64,000 nucleotides of DNA, taken from Camelus dromedarius. Taxonomy: Eukaryota. Numbering within the stretch: position 1 is the first letter of the stretch; every line of letters starts with the position of its first letter. Location of the stretch: assembly GCF_036321535.1 (NCBI RefSeq), contig NC_087437.1, positions 56,794,001 through 56,858,000 of the forward strand, read 5' to 3'. The position numbers and the translations under genes are program-made. The notes beneath the pieces were generated by a model. That model was not told the DNA's origin. It did no database searches and saw only the letters and a program-made list of their open reading frames with translations. Shown in pieces: positions 28,191 to 42,302 of the stretch.

Positions 28191-29799
28191 TATATCAGAA
28201 TATATAACTATATATGTATATATAAATAAAAATACATATGTATATACACATAATCAGAATATGGAGTATGAGACAACATTACTTTCTCTTATTGAAATCA
28301 TCATACTATCAAGCCCCTATGACAACTGATAATGGACAGCACTTGACCTTGACAAATAAAGGTGTCTCAGTCTCTTCTTTTTTAAAATAGTCTATTTTGG
28401 GGTGTTAGACTGGATATAGCATCAGCTGTCCTCTCTTCTTTGGCCCAGATCCCTTCCCTGACACAGTAGTCAGCATCTCCTCTAAATTAATATTGAACAA
28501 ATATATAAAGACTATAATATTTAACCAGTGCTAAAATAGTAGACCTCATAATACACCTACGTGACTTACTTGAGTCAAAAATAAAAGGAAATTTAGACAT
28601 GAAAACTGCACTTATGGGAAATAATATTGATTTGGGGAATAGAATAGGTTTATGTGGATAGTTTATATACAGGCTTAAGCATTCTGTTCATGTTTTTTGT
28701 TCAAGTTTACACAGAAATAAAAAGAATTAAATCAACTCAAAAGAACAAGAGGTAAATCAACTGTTGTGTCTTTATGTTAAGGTTAATTTTTTGGCTTAGT
28801 TTATGCTAAATAATCAAGATTATTTTCTTGATTCTCACCTGCTTTTCACGTAACAACATGGTAAAAAGGAATGCTAAGATCACCACAAGTAATACGTGTG
28901 GAAGTATTTCCTTCAGCAATTATATTTGCAAGGTTTTTCCACTTTCACCCTAAGACTTGGTAGTTGATGGAAGAAGGGGGGTTGGTAACAACAGTTGCTA
29001 GTGGTAGCATACCCTGAGGACAAACAGGAGGGAGATCCTGGGAAGTAGCATGGAGAGAACTGTAGAGTTACAGGGAAGGTATCAAAGTAAAAATAGAATA
29101 ATTTAGAAATCACCATCTTTCTTTGAATACATACCCTGGTAGTCAAAGTCCACAAACAGAAGCTACTTGAGCCAAGACTTCCTTTGAAACCACTTCTGTT
29201 TCATGGAAACTAATTTTTAGAGTGCTCAGTGGTTTAGGAACATGCAGAGTCAGTTTACAAATCATCATCCACTTCATGAAAAGAAGAAGCAAAAGAAATC
29301 ATCAAGAATCCAGACTTTAAAACCATGTACCAGAGTCAAACATTAAGTCATGTGACAAATTAGAGGGACACCGGAGTAATTTCAACACAGTCAAATCATC
29401 AGCCTTCAGTCCTCATAGTGATTATGCTCTCAGCTTACATATGTCTCTGCATTACTGTGGCCTCTTAATAACATCTGTTAAAAATCCTGACATGTTGGTA
29501 ATGTGAGGAGAGGACATCCTTCCGTGTACCTATGCCAATAAGCAAAGGTCTGGTCTAGTTACTGAGGTTTTAAGTCTTTCTGACTATACAGAGCCCATAC
29601 TTCTCTAATCTCCTTACTTCAAAATGGAGTGTATTGAATAGCCCTAATCACAGGCATGAGGGGAGTGTGCATAAAAATCTGGACTTGGTAGGAGAGCTGC
29701 ATTAAATTTCTCTTAAATATGAGACAAGCATCTTGTTACTTATTTAAAATTTTTAAATATTTTATGTCTAATATTAAGAGATTTTGCCCCCAATTATTG

Positions 29800-30130
29800 T
29801 ATATTCTAGCCCAAATTGAATACCTTCTTTTCCTAGAATGTGCACTTTAATCCACAAATACATAAGTGTTCCTCATCACTTAGTGTTTTTAAACATCCTT
29901 CAAATCTTAATGCAAATATCTCCTACTTTATGAAACGGTCCTCCACTCCCCCAGGCAGAGGCAGTTAGGCTACTTCCTTCACGTTCCCACTGAATTTACA
30001 GCAGCCATTGCACTTATTACAATAGCATGCTTATTTGTCTACCTCTTCACTCAGAATGAGTTTCTCGGGGACAGAAGTGGCCTCTTGAGCCTAGTTCTGG
30101 AACATAGTTGAGAAAAATAATGATTTGTTA
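29800..30130 (+). mobile_element. L2 3' fragment
   Basis: catccttcaaatcttaatgcaaatatctcctactttatgaaac...ttatttgtctacctcttcactcagaatgagtttctcggggacag. Confidence 0.7.
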
Positions 30131-32949
30131 AAAGAGCCAAACTACCTTTTGGATCTTCTTTCCCATAGCGTCTCACCCCAGTATCACATATGCATTTTAT
30201 TAGACTTCAGACGTGGAAGGATATTTGCCATTTCACACTTTTTGTTACAATCATTTGGTTCAAAGAGTGGTTCCCGTCTGCATGGCTGAGGCAGAAGACA
30301 TTCATTGATAGACAGTATAGGAGACCTGTTCTCTGTTGTCTTTTTAGAAACTATAGAAAGCTGCCTCAGCTGCCAGACCTTCTGCCATCAGAGTGTCTTC
30401 ATCTACATCACTGCCCAGCTCTATGTGAACTTGCCAATACTGCTGGGAAAGATCAACCATTAATTTCCCTGCATGTTAGTGTGCTGATACTTTCCGGTGC
30501 ACACATTACCTGAGAATGAGAGAAAAATTTGCCCAAGGTTCAAGACAATCTCTGTACTTTATTGGATATGTGATTTGGAGTTGGCCACTTCAATTTGTCT
30601 CAAGTCCTCAACCGAAAAATATGATAATGATAGTCATTATTTTATAAAATTTGATTCAATATGAAACTGTGATGATTGTCACCATTTATTGAATACATAT
30701 TAAGCATTTACACCTGCTTTACATATATTATTAAATTTAATCATCCCTATAGCATTAAGGAATAAGTGTCGGCATCCACCCTCTACAGAAATATATGTGT
30801 GTGTGTGCGTGTGCACATGTGTGTATAGGAGAATATATCTAGTATAGGAATCCGGCCATAGTTAGTTGAAATACGACAAATGAACAGGGAGAGAAGACCA
30901 CTCAGTTAATATGGATTTTTATCAAGTATAAAAATAAAGTTGCCAAGACAATAAACCAGCAATCAGCTTTCAAACAAGAGCTGTTTTATTTTTAACAAAA
31001 TAACTTAAAATCTAAGAATATTTTAGCAAATAATCAAAAAAGTGATCATGAGATGGAAACTCAGAAGAAGCTGTATGATACTGGCAAAACTAAAACTGAT
31101 TGTCACTTGGTTAAGGGAAAGCTTATCTTTCCCTAACACATGTCAGGTATCAAGCTGGACTGCTAAGATGGAAATGAAGAAGGTTTGATGCTGCTGATAC
31201 GGTAGAGGATCTTACATAATCTAGCGGAGGAATCCGAGATGTAGTAAAAGATTTAAGCTAATAGCAAAGAGAAGTAAAAATATTTGTGTTATGGAATGTC
31301 AGAGAAAGAAAGAACTAATCCAACTGGAAGGAAAGATTAGGAAGGTCTTACAGAAGAGATAACATTCATGTGATCTTTGGGAACTGAGTAGTACTTGATA
31401 AATGGGGAATAAGGGATATTAAACATAAGGTTATCATGTACTATTTAGATATATCTTCTTGAGGATCTAGTCTATTTGGAAATTATTGAGGTGCTATATT
31501 CTAGTTAATGTGTATCCAAAAGACATGTGTCCCCAGAATGAAATCTAAATTCTGGTCAGATGTAAGGAATTGTTATCATATGACCAAAATATATTAATCA
31601 TCAGAATTTAAACCATAAAATAAAACACAGTTTCACAATTTATCTAAAAAGTATATTCCCAGACAGCACCAAAACCTGTAAAGAAACAAATATAGCTCAT
31701 GTTTTGCATTTCTTCCAGAAATTCAGCCAAATTTGGAGTGCAAAACAATCAGATTTAGTTTCTTTTTTAATAAGATCTATGAAATGGGAAATAAGAATAC
31801 TGTCTTTGAAGATACATTAATTATGGAATTAAATGAAATTCCATAATTCTAACTAAGTTCCATCATTCTAATTTAATATTTAGTGAATAAATTTAGTTTT
31901 TCACACCAGTTCTATGGATATTTCTCTTTCCAAGCACTATCCCCTTACTTTCTTCACATTTCTCACTCCATGGTGGTAAAGGAAAAATAATTTCTATTCC
32001 CTTGTCAGATGGAATATGAGTGAAAGGTGATTCCAAGTAGGACATGTTTCTTACAACTGAAATATAGCTTAGAATGGGAAACTTTTACTTTGATAACTTG
32101 AAAATAGAGAGAGGAAAGATCCCAGAAGTCATGCACCAAAGATTAAAATCCAATGGCAATTAAAAAATCAAATAGTCAAACCAAATATTAAGGTGACCAG
32201 TGGGAGCCAATAACAAAACCAACTGGTGAGATGAGAAACCAGAAAAACTAAGGATAAAAAGTTGTAGAGTGGACCAAAAGGAAGTGATCTGGAAGTGTTC
32301 CCCGAAGTGGATCAAGGATGGCTTCAGTAGCCAAACCCAAGACAGGTAAGGCTTTTGTGGGTCAGGAACATCTGATAGAGCCTGAGAGGAGCAGGGAGGG
32401 TGCTCGTCCTTCATATCAGAAGATGTGAACAGTGGATACCAGAAATAAAGCCACCTTTTAAATTTCTGTTTCCATGTATTATTCAGTCTACTTGGTCTGT
32501 CTTACAGTGTCCTTGGAACTAAATCTCTTCTTACAGCAGATGTAAACTTATCTGAAAAGAAACTTTTGGAGAACCAAAGTTTTCCTCTGCCTCAATAAGA
32601 GTATATATAGGAAAGAAATATAGGAAATATAGGAAAGAAAACAAGACTTTTGAGATAGTAAAAGCTATTTAAGATGGTCTAAATCGGATGAGGTGATAAC
32701 AAAAAGATTGCACTGCTTTTCATCTTTAAACTCATTTTTAGTGCTTTTGAATTTAAGCGTAAAATGTTATATTTTGAACCCAGAATCAATATTTTTAAAT
32801 CAACTAAAAAAGTTAAATTAAATTAAATAAATCAATTTTGCTTACTGAATTAAATTGATTAATAAATGAAGCTTTAATTTTAAGATATCAAATTAGCCCT
32901 CTTCTTTGCAAGACCTTAATTTACTTGAGGACATGGGGAATAATGGCCA

Positions 32950-33140
32950 GAAACCTGGCCTCTGGACCATACTGAATCTGCCGATTAACCTGAGTATACC
33001 TCAGTTTCCCTATTTTCAAAATAAATATAATTTTAAAATTAACTTCATAGGATTATTGTGATGATTTTAAATAAACTGGTGCATGTAAAACACCTTAGAG
33101 CAGTATTTGGTTCAGGATGAGTAATCAATAAATATTAAAT
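32950..33140 (+). mobile_element. MIR SINE
   Basis: cctcagtttccctattttcaaaat...cataggattattgtgatgatt...catgtaaaacaccttagagcag...tcaataaatatt. Confidence 0.75.
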
Positions 33141-34649
33141 ATTTATTTTAAAATGTATTTCCAATTCCTAAACATTGAATTATAAATCCTTCAATATGCC
33201 TCCTAACCTGAAACTTGAAAAGAAATTTGGAATTTAAAGAACTTTCAAATCACTTATAACTCATTCTCTCTTTCCTTCCTCAGTTTGAGTTCATTGTTAA
33301 AAAGACAGACAGAGAAAACTACGTCTTTTTTGCTTGAGAAAACAAAAGTTTACCCCTCCAGAACCGGTTGCCTGTGGTCTAAGTAAATCAGTATTATTTA
33401 ATATCTGGAAGTAATACTCAGAGGGAAGAGCGAAATCTGACAACGAATACTCCTGACTAGGACTTACGTTCATACCTGCTACCTGTCTACCCCGATTGGA
33501 ATTGGAAAATTGTATAATTTTGTGAGCAAATATAATGTAATAGGATAATCAATTCTGAAGCAAAAGAGATTAATGATTGTGTCACATATTACATGTATGT
33601 TTTATTCAGCCAGTGTACTTGTTTAGGTGGCAAGATGTAAATTGACTTTATGGTAAAGAAGAGCATTATCAAATGAAAATTTATTTTGATTTGCCCAACA
33701 TGTCTGGCAGCCACACCAGGGTGTGTGTTTTATATTTTCATACTTTTACATGGTAATAACTTTGATATATATGACAGATTATCTAAACAAGCCACTCTTT
33801 GTCTATTTGAATATGTTTGCATCTACTTTTCATGGTTGTTAATACAATCACAGAGCTTAGAAGAACCTTACCAATTCTCTAATCTAACCTCCCTTTTGAA
33901 GTGGCAGTCTTTTCTTCAACAATCCAAGAAATCCCTTTTCCTAAGTCCCTTTTGTTGTGGGGGAGCTAATTGCTCTTTGAGAGAAATAATTCTATTGTCA
34001 AAACATCTAAATAAAAATGTTATTTATGAATCTTTTGATTTCTATTGATTTCAGATCTCCCTTCCTGTATTTTACAACTCAAGATAAGTATTAGGACTCT
34101 ATGTTTTCTTTCTCCCCTTCAAATTAAACATGTCCATACTTCAAAGTGATTTTTAGAGTAACTGCCTTCCAGATCCCGCCCTGTGCTGAGTCCCCATTTC
34201 AGGACACTCTGATTTGTCTGTATCTTTCTCAAAATATGATGCAATCTGACAAGCATAGACTATTATCTTCATCCTTTGGATATCATGTCTTCGTCAAAAG
34301 TTCTTAGGCATCCATACCATTGTTGATTTGTACTCGGTGTTTTACTTAGAGTCATGCTTTGCTTTATTAGATGCTTAAGAGAATTTAATAACCTTGTCAG
34401 TGGCATTTCCTACTTACTTAAGAAGTTCCAGCTTTCTTACCTTAGTTATGGCATATTGAACAAAATTTATTTATTTTGTGATGCCGGAGGCTCCGTCACA
34501 GTGCAAGTTCATAGGGATGAATTTCAGGGATATATAATTCACAGAGACACTACTTCTCCACAATGATGGAAGTTGATGGCCTAAATAGATGCATTCCAGG
34601 AATGTCAGGGATGCTGGCGCTGTCACATTGACCTTTCAATGTCACTGGT

Positions 34650-35055
34650 GTAGTAGAGTGGAAAGTGGTGTTGAGAAAGTTGTAAATACAAGGTTTTGGA
34701 GTGGCCCTTCATGAACACAAATCCCAGCTCTCGCATTTATACCTCCATGGCTTTGAACATATTCTGAACCTAGTTTCCCCATGATTTAATTTTGGATAAT
34801 TCTTAACTTTGTAAAATGTTTCTAGGATTAGATGGAGTGACCATACAGTGTAATTGTTAAAAATATGAGCTTTAAGATCAGAACAATTTGGTTTAAATCT
34901 TGGCGTTACCACTAACTAGTTTACTGATTTTAGCTAAGTTTTTATTTCTCCTTTGGTAAAGGAGGGTAATAATCATTTCTCCTTCACTGTATAGAACTGA
35001 AGATTTAACAATAATGCTGTCACATGGTAAGTTCTCAATTAATTATGTTGATTAT
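34650..35055 (+). mobile_element. Two adjacent MIR SINEs
   Basis: aaatcccagctctcgc...ctgaacctagtttcccc; then tttggtttaaatcttggcgttaccactaactag...cacatggtaagttctcaat. Confidence 0.7.
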
Positions 35056-36879
35056 TACAATGACTGTTAAAAAAAAAACCTATAGTAAGTACTTGTCTCA
35101 TAGAAGGTAATCAAAAATGGTTATTCTTAATACACAGTGTCCACCCCTATTTTCCTATAACTGTACCATATAACAGTTTCTGACTCAACATGAGAGACAA
35201 ACATACTTGATATGATAATTGGTAGAAAACTTTCCAGAGTATCATGAGCTCCATTAGGAAAAGAAACACTATGAAAATGATGCAAACAAGAGCTAAATAA
35301 GGGTGGAGTTCCTCAGAGAATAGTATGGAGTTATTTACATTTCAATTTTACCTTCCTTATTTGAATAAAGGTTCTTAGAGAGCAGGACCACGAGTTCCAC
35401 AGACACAGCAGAATTCCTTGCACATCAAAGGGGACAAGTAAATACAATTCTGCATTTGGTGTTAATAGTAGTTGGTGGTGTATAATGGTGTTAATAATAG
35501 TTGCCCCATTACCTAAGAATACTCCTGTATCAACAAGAAAACAATTATTATAGCAGTAATATAAATTATAAACAGATTTGTAAGTTTTGAAGTGCTATTT
35601 GTTGATAGGCTGTGATTACCATATTAGTACACCATTGTAGGCAAGTGATTTTCTCCAGGAGGTCCCTGAATCTGTGTGTGTGTATAAGTGTGTGTGTGTG
35701 TGATGAAACTGAGGAAATACATGGCAATTGGTCTTCTACTGTGGCTTCCAGCATTCCTTGCTTTTTCATGTTCTTAAACTGATCAAGTCCATGATTTGAA
35801 CTGTTAGAATTCAGCAGATAGAATCCTGTAGTTAATGGAACCAGCAGGGTATGATCTTAATAAGGGAAGATTGTAAAGGGTGGAGGTATCAAATGGCCAG
35901 GGCATTCCATCAGGGTCAGCAAATGCTGTGGCTGTAAAAGTTCTTGAAATAAGGCCAACAAGCCTAGTTGAGGCTCTAGCCCTATAAAATAAAGGTGAAA
36001 ACTAAGCTCTTTGGCCAAAGGTCCGCTGTAAACCTCCAGTCTGTTGTAAAATCCCCTACCACAGCAACTACATAAATGCAATGTGCCCTGTATGTGGAAT
36101 ATATCAGAAATCAATGCAGATCAGAGTAACATGAGGAGTCCTATGGAATCCAGAAGCAGAAATCAGTCTTCTGATTGGGAGATTAGAATATGGAAATATA
36201 ACCTTCAGGGGTTCACTTCAGGATAAATACCAGGGAAAATAGGAGGAGGCTTGTGGGCACAGTTCTCACACCTCTGAATTCCATCATTGCAGGGATGATT
36301 TATACAGATGAAAAATGCAGTGGAAAAGGTAGGGCTTAGCCAAGAGACATGCCTTGCATCTTATTTCTATAGGGTGAGTGCTTTAAAATCCGTTCTCACA
36401 TCTACAAAATTGGGATGATAATAAAAACAATGTTGCCAGAAAAAATAAATGGAAAGGAGTTATTGAAATGTTGTCATAACTGCAAAACAAGCATAAAAAT
36501 ATATAAGGAAGAAGACTTGTGCTTCTGTTTAGTATATAGGAAGGTTAAAGACAATGTCACTTTGACAAAATTATGCAAAACTTTGAACTTTTTTTGATCC
36601 CTTCTGGGAGTTGAGGTCAATAGACAACCAAGGATAATAAATTTCAAATGGTCGCAGTTTCTTTGAGGGGAGAGAGGGCACACAAATTGTTTCACCTTCG
36701 GTAGGGCATTTTAAGAAGAGGAAGCCAACATAAAAGTGGTTAAGAACAAAAAAACAGTTGACATTTTAACAAATTTTTAAAATAGGTGTGTAGGCTGCAT
36801 TAGAGTTTAGAGTTCCCAGAAGCCCAAGATGTAAGTGAAATCGTCATTCATATGCTAGGCCTTTAGTATGCTAAAATTA

Positions 36880-36976
36880 AGCTCCTTTTTTTTAATGGAG
36901 GTACTGGGGATTGAACACAGGACCTCATGCATGCTAAGCATGTGCTCTACCACTAAGCTACACATATACCCCTCCC
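36880..36976 (-). mobile_element. Vic-1-type SINE with 15-bp TSD
   Basis: ggaggtactggggattgaacacaggacctcatgcatgctaagc...; TSD agtatgctaaaatta (36865-36879) and agtacactaaaatta (36977-36991). Confidence 0.92.
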
Positions 36977-36990
36977 AGTACACTAAAATT

Positions 36991-36995
36991 ACACA

Positions 36996-37032
<37 letters not shown>
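36991..37032. repeat. (AC)n microsatellite
   Basis: Read directly, one interruption. Confidence 0.95.
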
Positions 37033-37034
<2 letters not shown>

Positions 37035-37978
37035 TGAGAAACTGGAATAAGAATGGAAACAGTAAATGAATTTTCAGCTAAATCAATAGAAACTATTTCA
37101 ACTGAATTACAGGAAAAAAAGATATTTAAAAAATCAGACCTTCCAACAGGTGTGGGACAATATCAAATGATTAGGTAGTTAAAATAACAGAAGAAAAAAA
37201 GGGAATAAGACAAAAAAAATTGAAAAGATAATGGCCACTTTTTCACAAAATTAATGAAAGAAAACAACCAAGAAACTCAGAAACCCTCGAGATAAATATA
37301 AAGAAAAAATACAGCTAAGCACATCTTAGACAAACAGATGATAGCAGATGTCCCATCAGACACTACGCAATGCAAAAGAAAATAGAATGTTAACTTTAAA
37401 ACACCAAAAGAAGAAAAGCTATCACCGCAGTATTCTATCATGAGCAATAATAAAATTTTTAAATGAAGACGAATTAAGCAGTTTCTTTTACAAAAACATT
37501 GTAAGAAATGTTAAAGAAAGTTCTCCAAACAAAAGGAAAATAGTGCTACTTGGAAATATGAACGCACACACACAAATACACACACACGCACACACACACA
37601 AAGAGCAGTATCAGCCACAGTACATGTAGGTAAATATAAGTGTTTTAGAGATTTAATCACTAAAAATTATTAACAGTGTAAAGCAAAACTAGAAAAATGA
37701 ATTGGATTTATAACAGGGAAAATTAAAATATGTGACAAATAATACTCCAAAGGATAAGAGGTATAAAATGGAACTATACTATTGAAAGATTGTTACATTC
37801 TAAGTGAAGTGGAAAAATATGATTTGAAGGAAGGCTGTGACAATATAATGATGCATTCTGTGAGCCTATAGCAAAAACTTAAAAATAAAACAGAGGTATA
37901 AATAATAATCTAAAATAAAGCAGAATGAGAGGAAATAGGGAACAAAGAATAGATGAAGTTTTAAAAATTTTTTTAAGA

Positions 37979-38126
37979 ATTTTTTATTTATTTCTTTTTG
38001 CTTAAGATATTTTTGGGAGGGTAGTAATTAGGTTTATTAATTTATTTTAATGGAAGTACTGGGGATTGAAACCAGGATCTTGTGCATGCTAAGCATGCAC
38101 TCTACCACTGAGCTATACCCTCCAGC
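37979..38126 (-). mobile_element. Vic-1-type SINE inserted in L1
   Basis: gggagggtagtaattaggtttatt...ggaagtactggggattgaaaccagg...ctctaccactgagctataccctcc. Confidence 0.92.
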
Positions 38127-39562
38127 CTAAAAAAAAAAACAATTTTTAAGATGATCACTTAAAAAATAAATTTATCAATAATTATACTACATGCAAATGG
38201 TCAAAACACACCAATTACAATTTAGAGATTGTCAGATTGGGGAAAAGAAAACAGAAACCCATTCTACCTTCTCTATAAGAACACATTTTAAATATAATGG
38301 TATAGATTGACTAAAAGAAAAAGGATGTGGGGAAAGATACACCATGCCAACAATAATCAAAAGAAAGCTATATGAACATATTAATATCAGACAAGGTAAA
38401 CTTCAAAACAAAGAATTTTAGGGGTAAAAAGGTAAATTACATAATGATAAAGAAGATATGCACCTAATAAAGTGCTCAAGCATTCATAAAGCAAAAGCCA
38501 AAAGGACTGAAAACAGAAGTAAAGAAATTTTAAAATGTACTTAAAGGCATCAGAATGCCTTTCGCAGTAATCGAAATAACAAGCAGACAAAAATCATTAA
38601 AAATATAGACTCGAACATTATCAGTCAACTTAACTTAGCTGAGATTTAAAGAACACTCCACTCAATAATAATAGAATGCACATTCTTTTTAAAGTCCACA
38701 TGAAACTTCACCAAAGTAGACAACTACATTCTTGGCCATAAAATAAATCTTGACAAATTTCAAAGAATTGAAATAACACAAAGTATGTGTCCTGAATATG
38801 AAACAATTAAATTAGGAATCAATAACAGAAAAATATATGGAAAATCACCAAGTATTTGGAAGTTAAATGACAAATATCTAAATAACCAATAGTCACAATT
38901 TTAAAGAAAATTAGAAAGCAACCCAAATTAAATAAAACATGAAAACAGAGCATATTAAAATGTATAAAATACAGCTAGAGAAGTGCTCAGAGGAAAATTT
39001 ATAGTACTAAATCTCTGTATTAGGAGAAAAGAAGTGAATATAACCAATAATCTAAGCATCCACATTAAGAAAATTTTAAAAGATGAGCAAATTAAACCCA
39101 AATCAGAAAAAAAGAAAGAAAAAAATAGCCAAAATCAGTGAAATAAAAGGATAAAAAAGGATAAAAATGCCTCTTAAAGAAGATAAATAAAATGGATAAA
39201 ATTCTAGAATGACTGATCAAGAAAAAAGACTGAAGAAAAAGAATACCAGAATTGAGAATAAAATAGAGGACATCACCACAGACCGTACAAATAACAAAAA
39301 TACAATAATATGAATAACTTCAATTTAATAATTTAATGCAATGGACTTTTGATGTGAAAGATGTAAACTGTGAGACTACACTCAGGAAAACTACATAAAA
39401 TGATTAGCCCTAAGTCTATTAAAGAATTTGACATTTTAGTTAAAAACCTGCCCACAAAAGGCAACTAATGCCACAGATGACTTCACTGGCAAATTCTACC
39501 AAACATTTCAGGAGAAAATAACTCAAATTCCATACAAACTCCTCCAGAACATAGATAAGGAT

Positions 39563-39902
39563 TGTTGTGGGCTGAATGTTTGTCCCCCCAAATTCACATG
39601 TTGATATCCTAACTCCCAATGTGATAGCATCAGGTGGGGGCTTTGAGAAGTGATTAGATAATGAAAGTGGAACCCTCAGGAATGGAATTACTGCCCTTTT
39701 AAAAGAACTCTGCCACACTCCCTGTTATGTCAGGACACATTGAGAAGTTCATCGTCTATGAACCAGGAAGCCCCCGTCAGACACCAAATCTGCAGATGCT
39801 TTGACTTTCCACTTCCCAGCTTCCAGAGCATGAGAAAACAATGCTGGTTAAGCCTCCCAGTCGATGGTATTTTTGTTTTAGCAGCCTGAAAGGACTAAGA
39901 CA
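39563..39902 (+). mobile_element. MaLR solo LTR (MLT1A0-like) inserted in L1 ORF2
   Basis: TG...CA ends: tgttgtgggctgaatgtttgtccccc...tttagcagcctgaaaggactaagaca; internal cagacaccaaatctgc. Confidence 0.92.
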
Positions 39903-41949
39903 GGGGTGTGACTCTTCTCAATCAGTCTATGAGCCACCACAACCCTGATCCAAAAGCTGACAAATATATTTTAAGGAAGTGAAAGGCCTATATCCTTCAT
40001 GAATAAAGATCCATAAAAAATATTAGTACTCCAAATCCAGCGATGTAGAAAAAGGACAATACATCATGATCAAGTGGAGTTTATCTCAGAAAACACAGTT
40101 ATAATTGATTTTCAGAAAACTAATAACAGAGGGAACTTCTTCAACCTGATAAAGGGCAACTATAAAAAACCTTACATCAACATGCATAATGGTGAAAAAA
40201 TGAATGACTTTTTCACCCCAAAATCAGGAACAAGTCAGGAATATTCACTCTCCACTTCTATTCAATATTGCACTGAAGGAGCTGGCTGAGACTAGACAAT
40301 TACAAAGATATAAGAGACATACAGAATGAAACAGAAGATGCAAAACAGTTTTTCTTCCCAACCAAACAAAAGGATTTTATACACATAGAAAATCCTGTTT
40401 AATCTACCAAAAACCACTAGAACCAATAAATAAGTTTACCAAGATCACAGAATGAAAGATCAAGACACAATAATGAATTGTATTTTTGTAAACGAAGAAT
40501 GTTCACCTGAAAATTGAAATTTTAAAAACTACATTTATAATAGCATCAAAAAATTAAATAATTAGTGATACATTTAACAAAATATGTACAAAATTGGTAT
40601 GCTTTTGAAATTTAAAAACATTGTAAAGAGAAGTGGAAGATCTAAATAAAAGAGAAACATACTGTGTTCACATATCAGAATACTTTAAAATGTCAGTTTT
40701 CCTAATAACATCCCAGCTAGCTGTTTTGTATACATTGATAAGCTGATCTTATAATTTGTAGGGAAACGTAAAGGACCAAGAATAGCCGAAAGAATTTTGA
40801 AAACCTCTACAGAAGGAAACAGAAGAAAAATTTTTGCAAACCTGAGTGAGGGAATGATTTCCTAGGGCACATAAAGCATGCTCTGTTTTTTGGCTAATTG
40901 TACTTCATCAAAATTATAAATGCCTGCTCTGTGAAACAAACTGCTATGAGAACAAAAAGACAAACTACAGAATGGGAAAAAAAGGCAAAACACAAATCTA
41001 ATAAAAAGTCTTGTATCTAGAGTATATAAAGAATTCTCATGACTGAATATTGAGCAAAAGATTTGAACAGACCCATCACCAAAGAAAATATACAAAGGAG
41101 CGGTAATGAAAAGATTCTCAGCATCATTAGTCATTAGGGAGATACAAGTTAAACACAGTGAGATACCAGTACGCATTTATTAGAATTGCTGAATTTTTGG
41201 AAACGGCAATGAATGTCAAATGCTAACAAAGATTCTGAACATCTAGAAAGCTCATTCATTTCTGGTGGGACTGCAAAACGGGAGAGCCACTTTAAAAATC
41301 AGTTTGGCTATTTCCTACTAAGTTAAACAAGCATTTACCATGTGATCTAGGAATCCCACTTCTATGTATTTGCCCAGGTGAAAGGAAAACACATATCCAC
41401 TCAAAGACCCCTATATTAATGTTTATGGACGCTTTATTCACAATCACTAAAAACTGGGAACAATTCAAATTGTCACCAACTAGTGAGTGAATAAGCAATT
41501 TGTGGCACATCTATCCAATAGAACACTCTTATTATCAACAAGAAACCAAGTGCTGATACATTTAGCAACATGGGTAAATCTCAGAAGCATTATTCTAAGT
41601 GAAAGAAGCCAGACACCAAAGAGTACATACTGTATAATTTCCTACAGCCTTCTGGAAAAGGCAAAATTATAGGGACAGAAATCAGATTGGTGGTTACCAG
41701 GACCTGAGGGTAGGGTAGAGGATTGACTGTAAAGGGCAGGAGGGAAATTTGGGAGTGAGGATTGTAGACATGGTCTTTATCCTGATGGCAGTGGAGGCTA
41801 CATACTGTCCACATTTGTCAAAACTCATCAAACTGTGCACTTTAAAAGGGTGGGGTTTTGTATATAAATTACACCTCAATAAACCTGACTTGATAACAAA
41901 GAATCTCATTTATATGTCTCTTAGCACAGTTTTGAGGTTAAACAACGAG

Positions 41950-42302
41950 CTGGGTCCTTTATCACTTGGGTTTGACCAAAGATAAACACAACAGGAGATT
42001 GTATCCGGGAAGCAGAGTGAGATCTCTGTTTATTTCATAAATGTTTATTTCATAAATTAGGTCACTCTTGCCTAGCTGTGTCCCTTGATGAAAGGTCACA
42101 CCTCTGTCAGGGAACTTTCTCCACCCAGATCCAGGTCCCCGTAATCACCTTTAACCCTTCAGGCTTAAGAATGCCTGGCTATTCTTGGGGGTTCAGTGTT
42201 CTGCACTATCCATTCTGATTCCTCTACACCCTGCCCACATTAAACTCTTCTCAAAGTACTCAATTTGAATGTGCCATCTTTGTCCTGCCAGAATCCTGAT
42301 AC
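41950..42302 (+). mobile_element. ERVL LTR (LTR33A/LTR41-like)
   Basis: ttgggtttgaccaa...caggagat, gctgtgtcccttgatgaaaggtcacacctctgtcaggg, terminus tttgaatgtgccatctttgtcctgccagaatcctgatac. Confidence 0.75.

Larger units (their letters stand above)
37040..41892 (+). mobile_element. Long ancient L1 (L1ME1/L1MB8-like) with ORF1, decayed ORF2 and 3' UTR; hosts a SINE and an MLT1A LTR
   Basis: ORF2 motifs (ttcactggcaaattctaccaaacattt, catcatgatcaagtggagtttatc, ctattcaatattgcactg) and a 3' end reading catttgtcaaaactcatcaaactgtgcac...cacctcaataaacctgac. Confidence 0.9.

Noticed and set aside
32250..32351. CAG|GTAAGG donor as an alternative OSTN first exon
   Set aside because: No TATA box, CpG island or acceptor to support it
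33362..33378. AACCGGTT (GRHL/TFCP2) next to TGTGGT (RUNX)
   Set aside because: Isolated short motifs, plausible by chance in 64 kb
35825..36230. GC-richer block possibly of LTR/ERV origin
   Set aside because: No family, termini or primer-binding site could be identified with confidence
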